NCBI RefSeq assembly: GCF_001447785.1
Contig: NW_015163625.1
Coordinates: 61,311-125,310 of the forward strand
DNA: 64,000 nucleotides
Reading direction: 5' to 3'
Origin: Gekko japonicus
Lineage: Eukaryota
The notes under the pieces were generated by a model. The model was not told the origin of the DNA, searched no databases, and saw nothing but the letters and a program-made list of their open reading frames with translations. The position numbers and the translations under genes were made by a program. Position 1 is the first letter of the stretch. Every line of letters begins with the position of its first letter. Positions 52,146-62,469 of the stretch are shown one piece after another.

Positions 52146-52281
52146 CTCTGGAGGTGCTACTGGAAACAATAATTTTTCCCCCTTAAGCAAACAAGACACA
52201 TGGCTGTAGTAACCTATCAGGTCAGAAAGTGAAGAAAACCGTCGTCCACCAATGTAATAATCACCACACATAGCAATAATC
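52146..52281 (-). CDS. RASA1: RASA1 exon 3 (136 nt), N-SH2 end
   Basis: IIAMCGDYYIGGRRFSSLSDLIGYYSHVSCLLKGEKLLFPVAPPE; AG/GTATG. Confidence 0.97.
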
Positions 52282-52890
52282 CTGTTGAGGAAGATAACCA
52301 AACATTAGAAACACTTTAACAAGATTATATAAATAAATTCAAAGAGATATTTCAGTGCTAATCCACTCTGCACATTAGTTTTTTAAAACATGGTATAAAT
52401 CTTACAGGAGCAGTCGAACAAAGGTATCCAAACTACAGCTCATGAGCCAATGTTAACCATCAGAACTTTTTCATGCAGCATGTGACATAAGGCTGGAGCT
52501 ACCAGCCCAGTCTCTGAAGCAGCTCCAGTTTCACTTCTTATGGCTCCTGGTATACATGGGAACTGTTGGATCCTGCATGCACCAAAAGCTCTAAGTGCTA
52601 GGGCTCGAGTGCTGCTTAGAGGACAGAGCAAGGGGGTACACACAAGAGGAGAGACAGATAGGGAAAAGCTAACTGCATTTATCCTGGACAGATTCTGCAT
52701 AGTTCACAACTGCATGGTTCACATTAACACTTCATTTTACTCAGTAAAAATGCTGAGCAGCATTTTATAACAGTACTGTTAAGCACTACAGCTTGCCTGA
52801 GTTCAGCAGAGGATTTGTTTTTGTTGTTTTTTAATCATTTGGTGGTGGTTTTCATATCGTTCATATGGCTTGTGCAACTTCAGACCTTTT

Positions 52891-53310
52891 AGTAAACAAA
52901 TTTTATTTTCTCAGGAATACAACATATAAAACATTTCATTCTATCAATTGTCTACCCCATTCCCAGTTCCTCCCCTCCCTCCAATGGCTTCCCACAATGC
53001 TTCCACCCCTGCTCCAAATTACTTCATATAATCAACAATATCAGTTTTTCATCATTACAATCTAAAGATAACATCGTTTGACTTAATATTGATCTAAACA
53101 TATTAAGTTTTGTTTCACATCCCAGTTCTTTTCCAGATAAATTTTAAAATCATTCCATTCTCCAAAAAACTCATCGTCTTCTTTGTTATTCAGTTTTTTT
53201 GTAATCTTATCCATTTGTGCCATGAACAGAACTTTTTGTATCCATTCTTCAACCTCTGGTACCTTTTCTGTCTTCCAAAACTGAGCATAAATCATTCTCG
53301 CTGTCACTAT
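52891..53310 (-). mobile_element. 5'-truncated L1-clade LINE (ORF2 C-terminus + 3' UTR)
   Basis: ARMIYAQFWK...EEWIQKV...EWNDFKIYL ORF2 tail, AATAAA, 16-bp TSD CAACTTCAGACCTTTT (52875-52890 and 53311-53326). Confidence 0.88.
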
Positions 53311-53479
53311 CAACTTCAGACCTTTTGAGGTAGTTGTTAAAGCACTGCCATACTCAATTTTCATCAATATTGAGATAATGGCTCTTATAAAATCAGGCAC
53401 GCCCCGGCCCCACCCTAGCCCATCAAATAGTTTCAGTATTTCAATGCATCTCTTGGACCAAAAGCTTTGGACATTCGTA

Positions 53480-54050
53480 ATGGAGCCAGTATTATTGCTG
53501 GAGAAGAAAGTTAATTCAGAAGCAAAAAAATTTTACTGTACAATCTTCATTTAGCCTGGGAGATGCTTCCTTTTATTGACCTGGCTGATCTATCCACTGG
53601 ACCATTTGCAATGCAAACCTTGGAACTCTAGCTGGTACAGAATGCTGCTGCTCTATTATTGGAAGCTTGGCAACATCATTATTTTTCAGTTGCTCCATTA
53701 GTTACCAATTAGTTTCCAGGCTCAATTCAAGTTATTGGGTACAAAGCCCTTCATGGCCAAGAATCCACATAGCTAAAGAACCATATCTCCTGATACACCC
53801 CAATGTGACAGCTGCATTCATCTGAGCAAAGTCTGCTGAAGGTGCCACCCTTGGGTAAGTTCAGTAACAACCTGGACCCAAGAATTCTCTACTGTGGCTC
53901 CCACTTTGTGCAATGGCCTGCCTAAGTAGGTCAGGAAGGCTCTCAAACTTTGATCATTCTGTAGAATGTATAAAATGGAATTGTTCAGGAGGGAATTTTT
54001 ATAAAGGAAATAAGGCTGTAGTATAATGGAATTGTCCAGGAGGACTATTT
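53480..54050 (+). mobile_element. old L2-like LINE 3' fragment
   Basis: CTCTAGCTGGTACAGAATGCTGCTGCT (LQLVQNAAA-like) and similarity to 10660-10715. Confidence 0.65.
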
Positions 54051-54269
54051 AATTTCCTTGGAAAAACTTTATGGCACCTCCCCAGGAACCCGTCTGACAC
54101 AGCTTACAATTTTTTTTTAAGAAAAAACTGAATGATATCCAAATTCAGCATTAAAAACCCAGCCCAGCATAAAAATAGATTATAAAAAAAGATTACTAAC
54201 ATCTTAAAATAACAGTTTCCATATGAAAATAGTGTTAAACAAATCAACCCTTTAATTAAAAAGCCTGGG

Positions 54270-55850
54270 AAAACAAGCATTTTTGCCCAGCGCAAAGGAA
54301 AGGGAAAACACATTTCACCAGTGAAATGCTACTAGTGGTGGTCCACTACTGAAAAAGTCCTGTCTCTGGTTGCCTCCTGCCTCACCTCTGAAAGTAGGGG
54401 CACAGACAACAGGGCTTGTGAGGCAAATCTTAACTGGCAGGCTGGACAGTATAGGAGGATGCCATCCTTCAAATACCCTGCCTCCAAGCCATTTAGTACT
54501 TTAAAAGTAAGAAACAGCACTTTAAATTGCTCCCAGGAACAAATGGGTAGCCAGTACATATTTTCCAGCCCCTGACAATAGCCTGGCTAATGCATTTTAG
54601 ATAACCTGAAGTTTCCAGACCGTTTTCAGAGCAGCTCCAAGTAAAGCATATTACAATAATCTAACCTGGATGTAATCAGAGCATAGATCACCATGGCCAG
54701 GTCATAGTTGCCAATAAATGGCCGTAGCTCATGTATCAGCTGAAGCTGATAAAAGGCACAATGTGCCACAGAGGAGATCTGGGCCTCTAACTGTAGGCCA
54801 GAATCCACCAAGTGATGAACCTGTTTCTTCAGGAGTACTACAACCCCCTCCAGGAAAGGCTAACTCCTCAAGAGTTTTGCCATTGACCAGCAGCACCTCA
54901 GTTTTATCTGTACTGGGCTTCAGTTTATTGGCCCTTATCCATCCTATTATTGTCTCCAGGCCTCTATTCAGGACTTCCACAGTGCAACATGACTCAGGTG
55001 TTAAGGAGAAACAGAGCTGGGTGTCATCTGTATATTGGTGGTACCTTACACCAAATCTCCCAATGATCTCCCAGTGGTTTTGTGTAGATGTTAAAACAGC
55101 ACAGGAGAAAATATGAAACCCCAAACAGAGAAAGTGCCAGAAATTGAGGACTGGATACAAAAAGTTCTGTTCATGGCAGAGATGGACAAAATTACAAAGA
55201 AGTTGAATAACAAAGAAGACGACGTGTTTTTTCAAGAATGGAGTGACTTTAAAATATATCTGGAAAAGAACTGGGATGTGAAACAAAACTTAATATGTTT
55301 AGATCAATATTAAGTCAAATGATGTTATCTTTAGATTGTAATGATAAGAAACTGATATTGTTGATGATATGAAGTAATTTGGAGCAGGGGTGGAAGCATT
55401 GTGGGAAGCCATTGGAGGGAGGGGAGGAACTGGGAATGGGGTAGACAATTGATAGAATGAAATGATTTAATCTTACATGTTGTATTCCTGAGAAAATAAA
55501 ATTTGTTTACCAAAAAAAAAAAGGAGAAAATATGAAACCCTGCTGGACACCATAGCATAAATGCCATAGGGCCCAGCAGCAACCCCCCAGCACCACCTTC
55601 CGGAATCAACACTCAAGTAAGAGTGGACTCACCCCCCCCCACTCTCAACCAGCATCTCTAGAAGGATACCATGGTATTGAATACTGGAGAGAGGTCGTCC
55701 AAGAGAATCAACAGGGAAACACTCTTCCCCTGTCATTCTCCCAGCAAGGAGTATCTGTCAGGGTAATTAAGGTCATTTCCATCCCAAACCCAGGCCAGAT
55801 TTAAGTGGGTCCAGATAACCCATCTCTTTCAAGACCACATGAAGCCACCT
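54270..55850 (-). mobile_element. L2-clade LINE fragment interrupted by an L1 insertion
   Basis: YHQYTDDTQL, SRLDYCNMLY, YWLPI..QFKVL on minus strand. Confidence 0.75.
55122..55521 (+). mobile_element. 5'-truncated L1-clade LINE (same family as 52891-53310)
   Basis: EDWIQKVLFMAEMDK...LDQY*, AATAAA, poly(A); 19-bp TSD AGGAGAAAATATGAAACCC (55103-55121 and 55522-55540). Confidence 0.9.
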
Positions 55851-56619
55851 GGCCACCACCTACTTGTAGAAAGATACAAGGCCTGTGCTCTATGGCACTG
55901 TGTACTGTATGCATTTCTTGTATTGTATTGTTTTCTAATTTCTGTCATCTGGGTTTTGCATTTCTTATTTCATGTCTTATACTGCTATTGCCTTGTTTTC
56001 TAATTATGTATTCCACACTTATTACTATGCTTATGTCTTATAAAATTCCCACTGCATTGCTATATTGTATAAGTTGAGTTTCAATTATAAAGGTGGACTA
56101 TTAATTAAGCAGAATAAATTAATATAGTTATTGTGAGCTACTGGTGTCTTACTGATTAAAACAGCTGAGAATAAACATTTAATAAGGCTGAGGGCCAAAT
56201 AAAACATGACTTTCCTTCTGAGTCGTGGGCAAACTATCAAAGTTGCCTTACTCCTTTTTATTTTGTAAGCTTTCATTGCAAGTACTTAACAAAATCAGGT
56301 TCTCTCTAGAGCTTAAAAAGCAGCTCACAAAAAAAGTATAAATCATGAACCCATATACAACACAGCCTCATGATGCCTTAAAACTTCTAGACTTCCATCC
56401 CTGCCTCCTTCTTACAACTTACTTAGTGGCAAGGCAGCAGAAACAAAGCACAACTGTATCTCTTCAGACACATTCAGCTGCGTGCAAGAAGAACCTTATT
56501 TGGTTATATATTTGGGCACTTTAAACACACTTTCCTATGTTCAATGTGGACTCGAGCAGCTAAGTTTCTCATATCTGTTTGCTAACTCTTGTACTTGTAT
56601 GATAATTTACTGCCATTCA

Positions 56620-56890
56620 CAGATCTTAATAACTGCCCAATCCAATCTCAGCTATAATCGCCCAGTTACTTATGCATCTTGATTCTAACTAGTCCTTCCT
56701 GGCAACTAACCCCCCCCCCTCTCTTCCTATATGTAATGGTTGAGGAAATTCTGCTTCACTGTATCTGAAGAAGTGTGCTTACACATGAAAGCTTATACCT
56801 TGAATAAAACTTTGTTCGTCTTAAAGGTGCCACTGGACTCAAACTTTGTTCTGCTGCTTCATGGCAACCCATGGCTACCCATTAGACTGC
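56620..56890 (+). mobile_element. Penelope-like element pLTR fragment
   Basis: GAAAGCTTATACCTTGAATAAAACTTTGTTCGTCTTAAAGGTGCCACTGGACTC matches 50530-50590; left boundary approximate. Confidence 0.7.
56761..56798 (+). ncRNA. minimal type I hammerhead ribozyme motif (Penelope-associated), activity unproven
   Basis: GTAT-CTGAAGA-A-GTGT(GCTT)ACAC-AT-GAAA-GC-TT-ATAC: stem I GTAT/ATAC, CUGANGA and GAAA cores, palindromic AGCT stem III. Confidence 0.6.
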
Positions 56891-57469
56891 TACAGAAGTT
56901 TGCCAAGGAATCAGCTCTTGCTGAACAGGTGCCCCTTTTGGTTCTACATCTTCCTCTGAGATGTAAGGGGTAACAGAAAAGGTGGGGATTGTAAAAAGGC
57001 ACAATCCTGGCAAGTGCACATTCATTTGCAACACCAGAGTATTTTTCAAGGTACATTCTTATGTTAGGAAAGCAGCAGTGAGGTTGCCTGAACCTGACTA
57101 GTGCTCTGCATAAACCAAGAGTACCCTAGGAAAAAATGTGAGTCTTCATCATAAACAGGGCTTCAGCAACAAATGAACCAATGTGGAGAGAGTACGTTTG
57201 AAGGCACAAAGTCCAAAAAGCACTAGGTTAAATGTATCATGCTGCCCCTGAAATCCACAGCCCCTGTACTTACTACCTTCTTCTACCTCTATCATTTGTA
57301 GCAATATTATGGCTTCTACTCTAATAAATGCTGTGCCAGTCCTTTGAAGACTTGAGTGAAAAAAGAAAGTATGCACCCAACTTTCATACAAAGGCATGCT
57401 AAGCTTCATAAGCAGTCCTTTAAAATGCTATGAATGGAGAGAACCAATTCTAAAAACACAGACACTCAC

Positions 57470-57622
57470 CTAAAGTGGTTAACAACATTTGTTTTACTAA
57501 GGAATGAAAGTACAAATGATCCAGGCCTCCGATCGCTCTCTCGAATAAGGTAACTTCCAGGTTTCCCTGCTTGTCGAAGACGTTCTTCTGCAATTGTTCT
57601 GTCAAGCTTTCCATGATACCAT
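57470..57622 (-). CDS. RASA1: RASA1 exon 2 (153 nt), N-SH2
   Basis: WYHGKLDRTIAEERLRQAGKPGSYLIRESDRRPGSFVLSFLSKTNVVNHF; AG and GTGAGT boundaries. Confidence 0.97.
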
Positions 57623-60276
57623 CTGAAAAACAAAGTGTGAAGACAACACATGATAATTTCAATCATGATTTTATAGTGATACAGAGTTCAACTTGGGCCA
57701 GAGAAATTGGGCGGACATCTACAACCATGAAGTACTAGGACACGAAATCTAAAACAGAGACCTAGGTGTTATTAAGATTTGGGGCAGAGGCAGGGAGAAG
57801 GGATAGAAGATTTTGCAGCAGGCCTATGGTAGCTGCCACAAATAAGCTAAATATTAAAAAGAACAGCAAACAAAGTTGCATGGTATTTTAATTCTACTGG
57901 ATTACCTGCCCTATGTACTGTACCCATCATCTGAACCTGCTCTACCTCCTCGCTTACCAGCCCTACTGTAACTGTTCCACTGTATTAGCGTACCAAGGAA
58001 CCGGAATCTTACTTGTTCACACAGGTAGGATTTATAACAACAACTCTGTCACACATGCATACATCCTCAGGTAATGGATACAAGAATGACGTATGGGAAC
58101 TGAGTGGATAATATGCTCTAGTGAGTAAGTTATGGAACTCAGTCTGCTTCTAGACTGGGAAATATGCTTCTGAAAGCATACAGACTGAACTGCTGGTATT
58201 TTAAGTAACAAACTATATTTAATAGATTTTTTGGTGGAAGATACTATCTCCATCCATATCCTTAGAAATAAAGTCATATTGTTTATTGTTTTATCAAAAT
58301 CACCTTCATTTTCAATTTAAATTACTAAAATGTAGTCATGGGCCCTTTTTCTACTACCCCACTCTCACATAAAGTGCTTTATAGGTTTTTTTAAAGATAA
58401 TCAATCAAAAATACCTATTATTTTCAATTTATCATACAAAAAAAGGATCTCATGGCTTGATTTTTGTTATGTGCAGTTAAGTTTTTCAATATGTAGACAA
58501 TTCATACTATCTATAATTTTGGTAAAAATGGACTGGGAAAAATGGAACAAACCATGGAAATAGATCACATGTAATGAATGCAGCAGTAAACTATTCTAGC
58601 AAATATCCTCAGGAAACTCCGGTAGATAACACAGTTCTCTAGAAAACAGGATACACACTAAAATGTCAGCTTTTGAAACAGCACTGGGGTGAGCAAAGTT
58701 CTTTTTGTTTTCTTTGTGTGGGTAGAGAAAAGTGAGCTTCATTTCTGATCACAGAACTATGTTGGAGTACTAGGAAGCAATATCATACACAAAACTAATA
58801 CAAAAGAAGATAGTCTAACAGTAGTTCGTAAATCCTGCACACCGCACACTAACACCACACACTTATTTCAAAACAAACCCACCAATTTCAATAGCACTTA
58901 TTCCCAAGCAAGTACATATAGTAACTAAGAACTTAGACTCTATGTACTCAGAAACAAATCCCATAAAAAGTTTAGGACTTGAATTGGTCTAACAAGTTCC
59001 ACATACAGGAATTTACAAAGCTGGTCAGCACTGAGAACCACTGTTAACCCAGCATAAAGATTCACTGTGCTATTCAAGTGAACAGGTCTTCCACCTGAGC
59101 CAGAAGATCATTATTGGGTCAGATAGATGTATTTTCAGTCAAGTGTCTCCAACTAGAAACACAACGCTGAGACACATGAGGCCCAATCTGGATTAGGCCC
59201 ATTAGGAAAGGGGGATTAAACCTCCCCCCCACACCTTTTTTCCAACCTGAAATGGCCCCAGGGACTGGACATGCACCAATGGACTATACATGCAACCAAC
59301 TAATAGGGAAGGCAGCACAAAAGTGGTGCCAGGTTCATTCTGACCCATCCGAGTTTGACGCATCAGGCTCCTCTGGATTTTGAAAATTGTAATTGGTTTA
59401 AGTATATGTTATATAGAATTTTGCTCTGGATTTAAATGACTAGTGCTTATGCGCTCATTTGATGCTTTAGATTTAAATGGCGTATGTGCTTACTCTGATG
59501 AAGAATGGAAACGAGATGCTAATCTAGGAATCTTGTCAGGATACGATTTTTGGAGCCATTTTTCTGCTATGATATACGATTGTTGGAACTGTTTAGTTGC
59601 TCACAGAGCTAGGATAAGATTTTTGGAACAGTTTGTCAAATATTTTGGATTGAGTCTATTTCTTTCCAAATGGAACTGATGTGGCAACATTGAAATCTGA
59701 GCAATGACACTCTCTTCAAAAATACATAACATAGGCTACTGGTTTATGGCGGCACACTGGCGGATGCATCTCCCGGACCTCCCGGGGATGTGATCTGCAC
59801 ACCAGCGGATAAGAGGCGGTGCAACGGGTCGCCGCCACCCCCCCGAGCCTTGACAAAAGGCTCATAGCCATGGGGCTTTTGAGGGATGACCTCTTCACCA
59901 GCGCGATGCTGGGCAATTGAGGCGCTCCTCTGCCCCGACGGTCCTGCCGCTGAGTGTCCATATGGATCTAGAGCCGCTGACCGGGACAAGCGTCGGAGAT
60001 CGAACATTTTAAACGTGTTCTGAGCAAGGTCGTATGACCAACAATGAACAGTGAGTCGGGTTAAAGCGAAGACGGGAACATAAAAAGAAAGCTCCCCCCG
60101 GGAACGGCGAGAGGGGCCCCTCCCATACGCGGGAACTAAAAAACAATCTATAAAGGGGGGGAGCAGAAGAAAAAGCGTTGAAATCTGTTTTGAGAGACTT
60201 ACCAGAGCATTGATAGGCACATAGGCGAAATTCAGAGACTTTAGTAAGTTTTTATAAAAGTAAACAATCCACAAAG

Positions 60277-61814
60277 ATGCCGGGGAAGAAGACAGAGAAA
60301 GACAAACTAGCAAAAGTGAAAGCAGCGGGGAACATGAGCCCTTGACCGGAAGAGGGCACTGAGTTCTCCTTGCGCCCTCTGCTGGACCAGATCACTGATA
60401 TTAAACAGCAGCTGACAACTCAGCAGCTCCAACTGTCTGAAACTTTAAAAATGACGGAACAAACAGCTGAGAAGGTGAAGGAAATAGACGACAACACCAA
60501 AAAAAATTAAGAAAAAGGTGCAAAAGCTGGAAAAGAAGCAAGCTTCGGAAGAATCACAACTTTTACAGCTGCAAATGGAGAAAGCAAATTTGGTCCTCTG
60601 GTTCCAAGAGGTCCCAGAATTAAAAGACAAGAATCTAAAGCAACTCTTGAGTGAAGCATTAGCCCCAGTTACAGATTTGAAAGTGGAATATCTTGTAAAC
60701 GAAATGGATGTGGTCTTAGAGATGTAAAATTTCCGGAAATTTTGAAGCTCGGGAAAAAACCCGGTTTTTTCCCGTTTTTTTCCGGAAAAAAACGGAAATT
60801 TTCAGAAAAATTGAAAAAAATGCTACATTAGCATTTCTTTTGTCTTTTCTAGTTTGAAAGTCATTCTGTTACTTTAGGAACATAAAATATGACTATGGAC
60901 ATTTTTATTTGGCATGAAATTATCACAACTAGCATATTAAAAATATAGTGTATCCAAACAATTATTACAGAATACCCACCCACATGCAAAAACAAAACTG
61001 AAACTTTTTTATTTTCTTCTGACAATCGCACCTCCTAAAGGAAGAAATGCATCTTGTTCTTGCATTGGAGAGTTCAGTTTGTAACTAGGACTTGCTTGTC
61101 CTCAGTGCACAGAAATTAGATCAATCTGATACCATGTATATATATTTTAGAAATGATTTGGAAAATATTTGAACACCTTGTCTTAAAATATTTTATTCAT
61201 CATGTTAAAATAAAACGTTCCATAATCATTTTTTTCTTTTCTTTTCTTTTTTCAATTTTTCGGAAAAAAATTAAAAATCTTCAGGAAAAAAACGGTTTTT
61301 TTCCGGGCCTTCACATCTCTATGTGGTCTACAGAGCCTATTCCATGTACATCAAGAAGAATAATCTGCCTGGGGAGATAGTGGTCAGATTCTCGAAGAGG
61401 CACGTGAGGAATTTAATACTGAAAGCAACTACAGGAACACCCTTGAAAACCAGGGATAACATTATCAAGATTTTAAAAGACATCCCATTTGAAATAAGGC
61501 AAAAGAGGAAGAAATACAAAGACTTAATCCTTTTTCTACAAACAAATAGCATTGCCTACAGATGGCAAATTTCAGAAGGCATCCGTTTTAAAATACATGA
61601 TAAAAAAGAAAAGATTGACTCTGTCTTTAAAGCACGTGAGTTCCTGAGAGTGCAGCTGGGAGAGAAAGCCGAGGACGCCAAGGAAAAAGTTGACAGCAAA
61701 TCCAGTGGTGAATTGAACTCGGGGTCTTCCGATAAGGACTCTATTTCTTATAAGGGAGCAGCTGCACCCAAATGTGCATATCAATTGAAGATTAGAAAAA
61801 ATAAAACAAAGTGA
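60277..61814 (+). pseudogene. L1 ORF1p-like (coiled coil, RRM, CTD) reading frame, disrupted
   Basis: ANLVLWFQEVPE...EMDVV|YRAYS...LPGEIVVRFSK...ILKDIPFEIRQKRKKY...IAYRW. The frame is continuous once the MITE and one TSD are removed; there is an early stop near 60343. Confidence 0.8.
60717..61321. mobile_element. hAT-like MITE, young
   Basis: TIRs TAGAGATGT / ACATCTCTA; perfect 8-bp TSD TGTGGTCT (60709-60716 and 61322-61329); TTTCCGGAAA sub-terminal repeats. Confidence 0.92.
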
Positions 61815-62469
61815 AGGCTAAAGGACTCTGAATTGTGCCTTAAAATTCTGTTTTTATTATGGATGATGCTCTTGGGTTTCTCTTTAAACAGTTAAATTAA
61901 TGGATAAAAAGATAAATAATTTAGCATAACCGACTATGTTCAAAGTAATACTAGCAATTTAAGATTAATACTTATATAAACTGTTGTTATGATCTCCTAT
62001 TCTTGGGGTTTTAGTTATTAGTGGTATTCTTTCCTTTCTCCCTAGATGTAGTTCCCCCTTCCTATTTTTTCGTTGTAGTTTGTAGTTTATTTAAAAATGC
62101 AATAAAAAATGCCCTCCGGGGGGCCAAAAAAATACATAACATAATGTTTCTTGTAAAATATGTGCAACTTTACTGGTATTGTTTTATACAATCCATTAGA
62201 TACTGAATACTGTAAATGGACAAAAAATTATTTTGGGTAATACAGCTTGTAGAAACTGTACACACGGTGTTTTATTTTGTTGCGGTACCTTGTACACTGT
62301 ATTCCCTTGTTATTGTTACACTAACAAAGAAGGTAGCACAAAAGTGGTGCCAGGGAGAATCTTAAACTACCTCTTCTTGCATACTGTGATCCCAATCCTA
62401 ATCAGGCTTCACTTGCCCTGTTGTGTTTCCAACAAGGAATTTGTGAAACAGCATCTGACCAAAAATCCT

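Larger units (their letters stand above)
10731..57622 (-). other. RASA1: RAS p21 protein activator 1 (p120 RasGAP) gene, partial: span of coding exons 2-21
   Basis: 20 GT-AG exons join in frame (2219 nt). The translation matches the RASA1 SH2-SH3-SH2-PH-C2-GAP order, including WYHGKLDRTIAEERL, the FRATT arginine finger and the FLR motif. The gene extends beyond both window edges. Confidence 0.99.
59734..62127 (+). mobile_element. ORF1-only L1-derived retroelement (HAL1-like), interrupted by a MITE
   Basis: 16-bp TSD AAAAATACATAACATA (59718-59733 and 62128-62143); CpG-rich 5' UTR; degenerate L1-type ORF1 60277-61814; ~290-bp 3' UTR with AATAAA at 62101; no ORF2. Confidence 0.82.

Noticed and set aside
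59491-59515. CTGATGA...GAAAC as a second hammerhead or a C/D snoRNA box
   Set aside because: No stem II can form between the cores, and no flanking stems or matching D box were found.
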